The translations under genes were made by a program, and so were the position numbers. The notes under the pieces are model-generated. The model was not told the DNA's origin. It ran no database searches and saw only the letters and a program-made list of their open reading frames with translations. From assembly GCA_030167865.1 (NCBI GenBank), contig JALAGF010003894.1:1-42095 (forward strand): a stretch of 42,095 nt of DNA, in the 5' to 3' direction. Positions 10,087 to 22,811 of the stretch are shown here, in pieces. This DNA comes from Craspedostauros australis (taxonomy: Eukaryota). Position 1 is the first letter of the stretch. The number at the start of each line of letters is the position of its first letter.

Positions 10087-11442
10087 GCAGGCTGATCTGT
10101 TTCCAACTGCAAACGAAACATCCGAGCAACAGGATAACTAAAAAGCAGGTTCAAGACAGATTCAGACAATGCAGATTTGATGCGTCACCACAACATGCGT
10201 GTGGAGAAGGAGCCTTGCATGGGTTCATGCCGGTGATACAAGTGCGTGCGGGATGATTCACGGCGCTGCAAATTCTACGAACGTGTGGAGTTGACAGAAA
10301 CCCACGCCAACACCAAGTGGATGCCGCAGTTGGGGTTCGCGATTCGGTTGAGGTTGTGGTTCTTCTTGTGCTTTGTTGTGCTCCCGATCGCACCGAAGTG
10401 GTCATAGCTCATGTTCGTCCGTGTGTTCGCACGTTGCTCGTCGAATAGTCGTACTCGCAAAACACGCGCCGCTGCGTTGGTGGAGCCGGAGGTGGATTGT
10501 CGGCCAATGTTTTGTTTCCTGACGAATTCCAGCATTCGTCATCCGATGTGCCTTGTCGTGAACTGTGGCTGGTCACATAAACAGCATGCCAACTAAAAAA
10601 GTAGCCGATGAGAAATGACATTGTGGACAGGGAGGTTGAGGCATGAACGCTCTGCTTCTTTTTGTGTCATGGGAAGTTTGGGGAGGGACTGTGGACATTT
10701 GGTGAAGAGCGTCTGTGCGCACAAATTTATTTATTTATTGACTCATGACGTTCGCGCGCAACATTCAACAAATCGGCGACACAGTTGTCGGTCTGAACAC
10801 GATGCCATACGAGCGCAAAGGCAAAAGAGCCTCTTGTCGTGTGGGCGTCCGTATCCGTGTTTCGTACACTTTCGAACGGATCAGAATGACACAGATTGTC
10901 GTACGAGTACTAGGACAAGTATTGGGCGTGCGCGTGATGGAGCGCCGCTTCGTGGGTGGAATGGCGTGGTGATGCAAAACAGATTCATGGATGCTCGTTG
11001 TTACGTGCGCGCAAGAACAGACAAGGCGTGTCGAGGAAGAGAAGGAAGCGAGGTTTTCTCTTGGCGTGAATACGAGTTCTGCTGTTGTCGAGGCGTTGTT
11101 CTGCTTCACAAGATCCTGGCGGATGTTGGCTTCGTGCAGAATCAAGTGCGCACCGAGGCAGCGGAACCTCCATTTCACATGGAAGCAGTTGCGCCAAGAG
11201 AGTGTTTCGTTTCTCACATCAACACAATTTCACCTCGTCGACATCTTCTGTATCAAGTGATCGAACACATCCCAAGGACCTCCAACTTTCTCACAAACCT
11301 GACCATCGCCTTTCTGCTCACCCACATACCGGCACTGCGCCCTTGCCACGAATTGAAACAACAAGGAAGCTCAAGGTTGCACATCAAGACAGAGACAGAA
11401 AGAAAGAGGCGTTCCCAACACGATCACCTCTCAGAAACAACC

Positions 11443-11502
11443 CTCGTATCAACACTTGTATCAACACTCGTATCAACATTTGTATCAGCGCTCGTATCGA
11501 TA
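11443..11502. repeat. 12-bp minisatellite x5 (ctygtatcaaca)
   Basis: ctcgtatcaaca/cttgtatcaaca/ctcgtatcaaca/tttgtatcagcg/ctcgtatcgata. Confidence 0.9.
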
Positions 11503-12257
11503 CAACAGCAGCTGGAGCCACCGAAGCCGATGACACTCCACCAAGAAACACTTCGCTGGGATCAAGGTACATCATTTTGTCAATGCCATCAAAAGCTTGC
11601 CTATCTTATCGCTCGCCTGGTTGAATTCAATGCGGCTGTCATCACAGCGAATGCTCGGTGATCTATTTGGCGCCACAAGCACTGTGGACGTGGTTTGATA
11701 AAGTGGCCAGCCAAGGGAGGGACATGGAAGGAAAAGGCTGTGCAGACAGAGACCGACGCCACACCCATCAACTCGTTCCGTGTCCACAACTTGTGAGGTT
11801 TCGGAGGTCGGGGGGAAACACAGACAGAGAAATCACAGGGAGAGACTGGAGCACAGAGAGGAAGAGTGACAGAGCTTGCGTTTGGTATGGTACCTCCAAG
11901 CAGGTCCAGAGATCCAGACATTGCGATACCGGCTTCCGATCCTCTCTGTGAGACATGTCACCCCTGCTGCCAAGCTTTGGAAAAACTGCGCAGCCCTGTG
12001 CCGACTTCTTGAGTGTGACGAGTCTCTCTTCTCCATGCGCCATTGGAATCGTCAACATCGCAATCGCCAGGGTTACCGAGCTATCAAGCTACTACCCGAC
12101 CTTCGTTCTGTCACATTGCATGCAAAGGATAACGAAGATTGTACACCTGTGCGTGCCACTCAACCAGTAGTCTCACAAAATTTGCGCCAACACAACTTGC
12201 AATACTATCACCATCACCACCTACAATCAACAATCAACAGAATCCAACAACCACAAC

Positions 12258-13133
12258 ATGTCGCCTCTTACCATCGACACGCTTCTCAGCATGGGATACA
12301 GCCTTGACGAGGTTTCAAGCGCTTCATCCCGCCACTCCATCCAGCAAGGGCTTTCCGGATCTTCGGCTTCATCCGTTTCGTCGCACTCGACATCGTCGCC
12401 TTGCAGATCTGCATGGAGTGCTCGTTCCAGCTCACCATCGCAAAGTGAAGATGAATGCCAGCTGGCAGCATCCAACGATAGAGAGCTTCACTTTGTCCCA
12501 CCACAGCAGACCGCGGGATCCCAAACCCCATCGCCACAGCGCAGAACGAAGCGCAACTCCAACGAACTGAGCACATCGAGCAATATGCTCGATGTTTCTG
12601 ATGGTAGCATCCCAAACGCCCACGCTTGCGACACCCATCAACCGCAACAAGCCTTCCGCGGATCCACATACGATGAGGCTTCCGCATGGGCTTCAGCTCC
12701 TGGCGAATATGCCTGCCCGCACATCGCGCTCGTGCCAACTCCATTCGTGGAGACACAGGTGCATCGCATTCCCGCGGAATCTCCATTGAAGAAGCGCAGA
12801 TCCGACGGGGACGCGGGTCGATTTCGCTATCCTCTGTCGCATCCATCTGCTGCATTCGCTGTGTCAACGCATGCAATGCCATCAGCCGCAACCTATTCCC
12901 CACTGCCACAACAGCAGCTGCTCGACATCGTCTCCAGCTTCGCACGACATCCTCAGTCTCATCCGGTGCTCAACTCGGCCTCATTCTCATCGACACTGGC
13001 GGGGGCTGCAAAGACAAGCACAGCCACAAACCCACGCTCTCAATTCTCCGTGCCACGATCATCTCCAACCATGTCGACGGACAGCATCCTCATCCCGCAG
13101 GCCATTCCCATCAGGGGAGCGTGCCAGTGGTAA
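12258..13133 (+). CDS. Hypothetical Ser/Pro-rich protein with N-terminal UBA-like motif
   Basis: ATG follows an A/C-rich leader (caaccacaacATG). IDTLLSMGYSLDEV resembles UBA helix 1 plus the MGF/Y loop; basic PLKKRR is NLS-like; the rest looks disordered. The 3' end could be spliced. Confidence 0.55.
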   Translation: MSPLTIDTLLSMGYSLDEVSSASSRHSIQQGLSGSSASSVSSHSTSSPCRSAWSARSSSPSQSEDECQLAASNDRELHFVPPQQTAGSQTPSPQRRTKRNSNELSTSSNMLDVSDGSIPNAHACDTHQPQQAFRGSTYDEASAWASAPGEYACPHIALVPTPFVETQVHRIPAESPLKKRRSDGDAGRFRYPLSHPSAAFAVSTHAMPSAATYSPLPQQQLLDIVSSFARHPQSHPVLNSASFSSTLAGAAKTSTATNPRSQFSVPRSSPTMSTDSILIPQAIPIRGACQW

Positions 13134-13682
13134 ATGCAAGATCGTTGGCGCCAGTATGGCATCGGCTGTACATTTTCTATGGCGGCAACTACTCTGCTCT
13201 ACTCTCCAGTACTCCAGAGCACTCCTCTCTCTCTCTCTCTCCCCCCAGAGAGGGAGAGGGTACACCGAATCGCCAAGTCAATCAAATTTTGCACCTTTTC
13301 CCCTCTTCTTGAATCCGGTCAAATGAACGAGCCACCCAACCCAATCCATCGACACAACTCATAAACCACAACAGCTCGTGTTGCAGATGGAACGATCCAT
13401 CTCGCCAACATACCAGTATTCTACCAATACAGAGCAAGAGCTATCCAGAACCATTTTCAATAACTAAACACACACACACACACTCAAATCACTTACTCTA
13501 CAGCTACAACGCTTACTCCAAGTACTCGACTCTAGCATACGCGAAGTACGTACCTACTCCACGAGCTACCGCGCCAAACTCTCTAGCTCTCCACACGAAT
13601 CTACAAAGTAGCACTCTTCTTTCCAATCGAGGAAATTCACTGCTGACCAATCACGGTGCCCGGCCTTGTGACAGGCGCGTCG

Positions 13683-14377
13683 TGCGACAACGGCGAAAAT
13701 ATTAATTTAGCCGCGAAGCACACATCAACGATTTCCTCGTGGAATAAAGCAGGCTAGAGTAGACGAGACGAGACGAGAAGAGAAGAGACAAGTTTATGAT
13801 GTTGTTGATGAATCCTGTTCTGCGGAACACAAGGAGAGGGCCGAACCAACTATTATATATTGCGCACTGACATCGGTCATGGGCATGCATTTACCTTGGG
13901 GCGGTCCAGACCCAGCTGCAAGGAGTTTCAGATTGCATGCAGTCAGTTCCTGTGATACCGTTCGGGCACTGTGTGTACTGTGTTGGTCATATGTGCATAC
14001 AAACTGTCCAGCATACTTGATTATACCAACCACGTCACTCCGAGCGCACTCCAAAGGGTACGGTCATGAAGTTTGAAGCCTTAACTCCGTTCAGAAGGTA
14101 TTCAAATCTGGGGGGACGGATATCGTGTGGCGCTCTGTGTGACAGTACAACATGATATGGTGTGCAATGGACAGCGATTTGGATATTTGTGCAAATAAAA
14201 TGTCAGTATGCAACATATTATACAATATAATATAATAGTTGGTTCAGCCCTCTCCTTGTGTCCCGCAGAACAGGATTCATCAACAACACCATAAACCAGA
14301 CTACTCTGCACTGGTCCACAGAGAAATGGTTGATGTGTCCGAGTCGCGGCTAAACTAATATTTTCGCCGTTGTCGCA
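13683..14377. mobile_element. Non-autonomous foldback/MITE-like element with long imperfect terminal inverted repeats
   Basis: Left arm 13683-13873 (tgcgacaacggcgaaaatattaatttagccgcg...gtttatgatgttgttgatgaatcctgttctgcggaacacaaggagagggccgaaccaactattat...actgacat) matches the reverse complement of right arm 14200-14377. The spacer is ~325 bp. No transposase; no clear target-site duplication. Confidence 0.75.
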
Positions 14378-16173
14378 GTGATACGCCGGCCATTTCAGTC
14401 ATCCAACCATCGTGTCAGGCACTGAAACGGCCTGGTTCTTTCCTCATCCATCGAGGTCTTCGGAGCAATCAACATCCAGACGATGCCAGCCAATCAAACG
14501 CAGTGGAAAACGAGAATTCCGTTGACTACGATGACTCCAACATCGATTGAGTCAGACAGGTCAATGCAGCGCGGACTCACCGCACGCGCCTCTGTCTTGT
14601 GCCAGCGCCACAGTTCCGCACGCGAAACCAACAATCGGGAACGAAAGGCACAACCAACCCACCATGACAACAGCACCGACACAAAGACGGCGGTGACGAC
14701 AACGCCACCAAAAGCACGAGAACGAGGAACAAGGCACAAACCCTCGCGCACAGAGACAACAACAACGACAACAACGACAGCAACGACAGCAGTAGTAGTG
14801 CGAGCGCACCACCTTCGTTGAAGCTCGTGACGAAACCAAGCGCAGGAACACATTACCGACTCGGAGGCGAATGTAAGAAACCAAGACTTGAACGAGCACT
14901 GGGGTGTTGCACCTTGATCAGCATCCCACCATGAGGATGTCTCGGATGCGTTGCGCTTGGCTCGAAGTCGGACCGTTTTGAGCGACGGAATCCGTGGAGA
15001 AATGGTCATCATCGTCATGGTGGATCGGTCGACGTCCGCGACGGTGTCGGATGCAGCCGACGTGGTTTTTTGTACGGACGGTCTGTCCTTCCGCCCCAAA
15101 TCCGCGTTGGTCCGCCTTTGCATCACGTCGATTGTCCGAACTCGACCAAGGCTGTCACCATCATCTACGGTCTGCGCTTGGGCCGAATCGTATCAACGAC
15201 GCTCGCGCCATTTCCTGCTGGCATTGCACACGATCATCATATCTTCGGGATAACATTGCTGTGGGTGAAGCTCCAATGATGTCAATGCTTGCAATCATGC
15301 CTGCGATGATGTTCCATCCTTTCTCTGGTTGGCAAGCACAATGGATTCCAAAAGCTTGTGGATGCGGTGGGAGCAATACGAACTGTTTGCGTCAGCGACG
15401 TGATCAAGCCACAGGCTGTTATGTCTCTTGGCGCGCATTCCTCTTGTCCACACCCCACCAGCCTCTTACGAGTACTCACGCTTCTATCTTTGCCCAATGA
15501 TCATGATCCGTATCCGGCTATCCATCCATCAATTCATCCAAACATCCTCATTGTTTCTCCCGACACCATTCGAACGAAACACCAACTGACCAATCACTGA
15601 CCGACCGGCTCGCTTCGTCTCTGTAAACCCTTCACCTCATCTCACCTCACCCCATTGTCCTGCGATGAACACACAAACACACGTCTGTGCACTATCTGCA
15701 TCCGTTCCAAACAACCGTGCGCTTACGGAACCACATCAACACCTCACCAAAACGAATCGAAACGGAACTACTTGCACGATAGTCATTGCAGTGAGCCTTG
15801 TCTTGGCAGTCTAGAGATAAGCATCGAGAAAGCAAGGGAGACAGACACAGAAAGAGATACTCTAGAGATCATTGCTTTGCTGAGACTGTTGGTACTTCTG
15901 TCAGCTGGCGTGGTTGGATCGGACAGTGTTTGAGGAGGACGCGTCACATAGATCAGCAGCGGCTAACCTGCGAGTACCAGACGAATACAACGACGAGTAC
16001 AGCCGAGTCGATGGATTGTGAGCGATCCACAAACAAATAGACGACAGAGGATCTGGCAAACGGAGCAGTAGCCGCGGTAGTGCATTGTGAACTAGCACGG
16101 ACGCACGGCTCGTACTACAACAACAACAACACACCAACCGGAGCTTAATAAGCGGTGCGTCTGCTCCATTCGT

Positions 16174-19100
16174 ATGATGCGCTGGCGGACGGCAAGCACC
16201 AACGAGATGGCGCGATCCGACATGCCACAGACATCGCAGAGCCACGACATGGACGGAAGCGACGACATCACGTCCAGTGCCACTCCGGCCGATGAGACCT
16301 CAGGAAGCGGACCGGCCATGGAGAGTGCGGAAGGAGCCACCTCGAACGCCCTCTTCCACAGCCGTTTGGATTCTGATCACGAGGAGGAGGAGGATGAGCT
16401 CTTCACCGATGACGACGACGGGCTTCGCGAACGCGTTCGGCACCGGATGAAGAAACGTCAACATTCATCCTTCAGCTCAGCCGACGATCCTAACGATCCG
16501 GGGGATACGTTTCCGCTCAATATACACGACGAGGAGGGGATGGATCATTCACAACCACCGCCGGATGACGAGCATGCATCCATAGAATGGCGGCCACAAA
16601 CCTCACAGAGCACGTGCGAATTCACGCACACCATCATGAACTACAGCCAAAAGCGGGAGTCTGGTTGCAAGAAGGCAGAGTACTCCGCAACGACTGTGGA
16701 CGAGTTTGGCAATCGTTGGAGACTCATTGTTTACGTCAACGGGAACGGACGCGCGTCCAACCACCACTTGAGCCTCTTTCTGCAGGTACGAACAAAGACG
16801 AACTATCGACCTAGTGACGTCGGTGATCGACCCAGTCAATTGGATTTGCCCACGGGATGTTCCCATGGGATGTGCTCATTGAGAATCTGCTTCTGCGCAT
16901 CAACAAAGAACACAAGGGCAAGGCAAGGCAAAGTATGCTACGTCTTGGTCCACTTGTCGTCACAACCATAGCACACCGATACTGGAGAAGAACCTTCAGC
17001 ACTCCAGCATGCCCATACCTGCATGTGTGTCACCCAATGCGGTGGCTGCACTGTCTCGTTGGCAACCAGCCTTGTGCTTGCCACCACCCTGTACAACAAA
17101 GCAAATGACATCCCAAACTCACAAATTTTCCAACACCCACACACCCTTCACACATGACAATCGATTGTCGACCACACGGCCATTTTCCGATGGAAAAATC
17201 AAAACCAAACAAATTCCGGTTCGCTCACCTGTCCCTTCTCGTTTGAACTGTTGTTGCAAAACGTTGCCTGTTTGCATGTCCACCCGACTTCCTGCCTTCC
17301 TGCCCGCCTACCATCACGACTTACCTTCCACAGGTGGCAGACGCAGATGATTTGCCATTCGGTTGGAAAAAGGCCGTAAGCTACGTGCTGACATTAGAGC
17401 ATCCGTCGGGGAACAATCTCAGCTACGCAAAGAGAAATCCGGACAAGACATTCAAGCTTTGTCCCAAAGCCATTGACTGGGGATGGTCGCAATTCATCAC
17501 CAGCGATCGCATCCAGCAGGAGGGGTTCATACAGGATGATTCGTTGACCGTGAGAGCATGCGTCACCGTGAAGAGCTCTTCCGTCACCATCGACGCAGAT
17601 GACTCGGAGCTCTACTTGAAATGCGCCGTGGAAGAAGGCAACGAGGAAGGCGTGAAACTATGCTTGAATCAAGGTGCGGGGGTCAACTGCCAATTCAAGG
17701 ATGACTTGTACACTCCCCTGCACACTGCCTGCTCCTCGGCCTCCCCAACCAGCACGTCGGAGGATGGGAACATGCGCGTGCTTGAGCTCCTTCTTGAAAG
17801 AGGCGCGGATGGTAACGCATGCAACAAGTGGCGTGAGACACCGCTTCTCATCGCGGCAAACAACGGACACCGCGCTGCGGTCGAGGCCTTGTTGAAGCAC
17901 GGAGCCGATCCAAGTCTCTGCAGCGAAGCAGGATGGTCGGCACTCACGTTTGCTGCGCACAAGGTACGTGAACCCAATTCATCTCAATGACTGCCACACA
18001 TCAAATGATCACATGACCTTTGTCACGTCATCCATGAAATTCAACCGTGGAGTTCAGCCGTGGAATTCGACGAGCACACACCGGAATCACCTTGGATTGT
18101 CCACGCTCCAACCACTCACACAAATCCCTTTTCTTGTCCCATTTCATCAACTAAACTCGTATTCATCTGCATGCGATGACTCGCGACCAATTCAACGTCC
18201 ACCACAATCTCCACAGGGTTACGACGACATCGTCGCATTGTTGCTTCGTGCCGGCGCGCCCGTCAACTGCCGCGTCACTGAGGATTCCAGCACTCCGTTG
18301 CACAAGGCATGTGCGGGATCCAAGCCAGGCCATTTGACCGCGGTCAAACAGCTTCTGGACGGCCGCGCCGATGTCCATGCACTGAACAAATGGCGTGAAA
18401 CACCTCTGCTCACTGCGGCCAATCATGGCCAGGCAGGCGCCGTCGACGCATTGCTCAGGGCAGGGGCTGATCCATGCAAGTGCACAGACACTGGCTGGTC
18501 GCCACTCAGCATCGCGGCCTACAAGGGCCATGACGATGTCGTCAAGCTCCTCTTGGAGGAAGGCGCCCCGACCGAAGAAGCCGACCCAACACTGTCGGCA
18601 CTTCTCCAGGCAGCAACCAAAGGATTGCCTGGAACCGTCGAGCTCCTCCTGCAACATGGTGCTGATCACACTGTCACCACAAAGAAGGGCGACACCGCGC
18701 TCAGTATCCTCGTCGAACAAAACCTCATCGATGCAGCCGTGGAGATGGTCACCGAATACAAGGCCAGCATCCCCCGCTGTTCTCGTGATCGCAAGAAGGT
18801 CCAACGCGCGCGTTTGCTGATCAATCTGCGCATCAAGCAGATGCAAAAGGACGGCACCTACCGCAACAACGGCGGCAACATGGGCGACTACGGAGTGGAC
18901 GACGACGATGATGACGATGCGGAGACCGACCAGGAGGATGGAGCAGGATCACCACAACACGGCAAGTCAAACAATGGGCAGGGCAACAAGGGTAACAAGT
19001 CTTCGCCACGCAAAAAGAAGAAAAAGAAGGGTGGCAGGAAGAAAATGTCTGCGGAAGAGCAGGCAAAGGCCGCCGAAGAGGCCTTGTTGCTGGAGCTTGA

Positions 19101-21897
19101 CCAAGAGATGGCACAGGCCGAAAAGGTGCAGCAGGAGGCGAGCAAGAAGAGCGCCAAGAAGAAAAAGAAGAAGGAACGGGAACGACTCCAGAAGCAGAAG
19201 GAGGAGCAGGAACGCAAGGAGAAGGAAGAAAAGGAAAAGCAGGAGAAGGACAAGATCCGGAAGGCCAAAGAGGAGCGACAGCGCAAGGAGCGCGAGGAGA
19301 AGGCCAAAATCCAGCGCGAGAAGGAGATGGAGGAGCGAAATAAGGCGATGGAGGCTATGGCCAAACGTCGCGAGAAAGAGGAGAAGGAGCGCCAACGCCA
19401 GCAGCGCCTCGAAAAGCAACGCAAGGCCGAGCAACAGAAGGTTCAGCAGGAACAGGAGCAACAAAAGCGGCAACGCGAGCAAGAGCGTGAGAGAGAACAG
19501 CAAAAGGCTCAGACTGCGCTTGTCGCCAAGCAAAAGGCACAACAGCAAACTACCAAGGGTAGCACCAAGAAGGTTGGCAATGCCGCGAAGTCAGCTGTGC
19601 GCCCTGATACCATGGCTGCAACCGCACCATCATCTGCTGCTTCAGCTTCATCTGTGACGGCCGCACCGACGGCTTCTAAGCCTATCACTGGAAAGAACCG
19701 AGGGTGGGAGACCAAAGTCAAACCTGCAGCGCCGCAGACCAATGCTACCAGAGCACCTGAAGTTGCAAAGTCTGCGGCCCCAGCTGTGGTGCCAGTGCCT
19801 GTTGTTGCGCCTATGTCGCACTCGACCAGTCTCGGCGCGAATGTGACAACTTCTGGTATGCCTCCGCACACCACGCAACCGACTATGCCCATGTCACGAT
19901 CGATTTCGGACTTCCAGCCAGGTAACGATGCGATGTCCGCCCACAGCGGTAGCATCGCACCACAGCTGATGGGGTTCAACCCTGCGCCAGCCAAAATCGA
20001 CCTGCCGTCCAATCCGTTCGGAGAGATGCAGTCGTTGCTCACTCCGTCGAAGCAACAGAACCATCACAACGTCTTCGGAATGACATCAGGAGGGAGCAAC
20101 TCCGCTGACAGGCAGCTCATGAACGGCCTTTCGGGAAGTTCATTGCTGTCTCATGTGCCTGCTCCAGATGTTTCAGAACATCCGGCTTTAGCGCTGTTCC
20201 GCGAGGAAAAAATCTCTGCCTTGATCAGCAGATTCACTGTTGCACCGAATCAGATCTCCATGGATCCTCTTCATGTGATTGATGCGCCAACTGCCAAGCG
20301 CGTGATCTACCGTTGGATAATCCGTGCAGCGCACGACAACCATCCATCTCTGGACTGCGTCATCCCCAGTTGGATCGACTTCACCTACCTCACGACTTTC
20401 TTCCAGCGGCAGTTCATTGCCGAGAATCACAAGGCATCTGGTCCCGGCGCATCGATGCGCAATGGCATGGTTGGCATGGAGGCCTTGAAAGAGGCTGGTG
20501 TCGCCATGGCAACGCTGTGCCAAAACCTTGCAAAGGATGTGGCCGAGTTTAGGCGCCAGTTGGACTCGCAGGTTCCGCCGGACTGGTCCGACAATGGCAT
20601 CGGGATGACTGCGCGAAGTGCCATGCAGCAAGGGAGCTCGCACGTTTTCATCAGCTGGTCGAACAGATCGCAGGTGGACCTCGCGAGGGATGATTACGAC
20701 AGGCTGAGCCAGCAGTTCGTCGGACGCCCCAATCGCATGCTTTCCGCACTGTTCCATCTGAAGGTCCGGCACAACACCGTCGGGCTGATTGTGGATGGAA
20801 CCGAGATGGACTCCCAACTGTCGGTGTCGTTCCGACAGTCAGCCATTGCCGAGGCCAGCGCGAGGGTTGAGCTTTGGTCCAATCCCTTGACTGTGCTTGG
20901 GGACAACACATTGTGGGGGCAATTCGCGGACATCGATTGCCTGTTCGGTGCTGCTCCGCCCTTCGGTAGCGGCGAAGGGAGCAGCGACGAGAGCCTGTCC
21001 CGCATCGGTGGTTCGGTCGTCGTCATGCTCCCAATGGACAGCATGGTCGCTTCCGTTTACGTCAACCGCATGGTAACACTGTTGCAAGCAGCAGACAATG
21101 ACCGCGTGCCCCTCTCGTTCGTCGCCATTCTCAGAAACGAGTGCTTCCACGACCGCAGCAGCGCCCCGATGCCCACGGATTTGCGCACGCTCGACCCACG
21201 CCTGCATGATCAGTGCCAGCACTACCTCCGTCGTGCCGAGACGCTCGTTGCCGGGCAACACACCTTCGCGAAAAAGGACGACTCTACCGTCGTGAGCGAA
21301 ACAGGCAGCCTGCTGGTCGTGGTGCAGAACGGAGCCGCTGGGCACCGATTTGACGTGTCTGACATGGCCATGACTAAGCTCGTCGCAGCGCTGTCTCTGC
21401 CAACCCAACAGCTCGTGGCTCCAATGAGCTTCAGCGCTGCCGCGCCAGAAACAAATGACTTTGGTCGTCCGCGGGCGTCATCGTCTGACTTCTTGGACAC
21501 GTTCGCGCCAATGCCCAATCAGGGTCTGAACCCCGGAGCCACCGAGTTTGGTGGGGTCGGTAACATCGGAGGTATCCCACTGTCTTCGGCATTCTCTTCT
21601 GCTCCTTCACCAGCCGTGAGTCACGACATCCTCGGTTCGACGTCAAAGGCGGCATCGCGCCGACCAGCAAATTCGAGCCGCAGACTGTTCGATCTCGTGG
21701 ATGACACCGATGACAACATCAATGATGTTGATGTCGTCTCTGGGATGTTGAACAACCTCAACGTCGATCTCTTCCAGAGCAGCGGCGTGAGCGGTCAAGA
21801 CGTCGACATCGAGGCCATCAGCCTGATGGGAATTGGCAATACATCGGCAGGGGGGAGCCGATTGCAGCGCAATGGCTCCCACGGCCGATTTGGCTAA
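16174..21897 (+). CDS. MATH domain + ankyrin repeats + coiled coil + PCIF1/CAPAM-like methyltransferase-fold protein (~1640 aa; exons 16174-16785, 17334-17963, 18217-21897)
   Basis: GT-AG introns (CAG|gtacga...cag|GTG; AAG|gtacgt...cag|GGT) join in frame to give LSLFLQ|VADADD and AAHK|GYDDIV. MATH: RWRLIVYVNGNG..HLSLFL..DWGWSQFI. Ankyrin: TPLH/TPLL..AA..GH repeats. E/K/Q/R-rich coiled coil, then a PCIF1-like C-terminal domain. Confidence 0.88.
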
Positions 21898-22811
21898 ATG
21901 CTCGTATGCCAGCCAAAAACCGTCTCAACATGACAACAACAATGGAACTACTCGTGCACGAGCTTGGTACAGTGACACACCATGCTCTGCAATACACTAG
22001 ACAAGAAGCAAACCAACAACAACTACCTCGACAGCAACACGAACTGTCTCAGCAAGGTTATGACTGGAATGCAAAACAACCCAACGCACCACAAACAAAC
22101 ACAGAACCAAATTCACACGCGCAAACAGAAAACACTCATCACGCCTCTTATGCCCATCTTTGCCAACATCATGACCCGAAGTAAACGCCGGATTCAACAG
22201 CATGCAGATTACGGAATTCCCCGACCCGCGCGCACGCAACACAATCGATCTTCTCCGACATTGGTGGCAATAATGATCATATTAGTACACACATCTTCTT
22301 GCATTTTGTGCTGTGCCTTTTGTTCTGTTGGGCTCTTGCGTTCGTGCAACCACTACAATTGCTTCAGCGGGGCCCATTTCTGATGGACAACTGCAAGCAC
22401 CAGCATACTGACTTGCGAGGCAAGAGTATTAGAGGAGAACAAGTACGGCGCACCTCAGCATCGAGGGTTCGTCCCGGGGTCCGCTTCTTGTTTCGATCTT
22501 GGTGCATCCGCAACAGGCCCGTGCCCGCAGGGGGAGAGTCAGTTTTGAACATGACATGACGTGAGGTTGGAAACAAGATGGACAGCGACACTTAGAAAGG
22601 ACTACTCTCTATGGTAGAGAGAATACGTTGCTCTACTTCATGATTGCATCCTGCTGGCACGGGTGTATCGCTGTCTCACTCTGTCAGCCTAGCCGCAAAC
22701 TGGAGAGAAACAAGATAACTATGAACGCAAACGAGAACCATTCGTTAACGCTTTGATGAGAGTACTATACTCGTAGTCCTACATATGTTGCCGCTCGACG
22801 ATGCTTTGAAC

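Noticed and set aside
10615-11661. 348-aa ORF on the + strand, and an antisense frame interrupted by a TGA near 11230 (possible selenocysteine)
   Set aside because: No recognisable domain or codon bias in either reading, no redox motif or SECIS identified, and more stops occur further along the antisense frame.
14494-15126. 210-aa minus-strand ORF with poly-Val
   Set aside because: The hydrophobic tract is the antisense of an (ACA/ACG)n microsatellite; no domain support.
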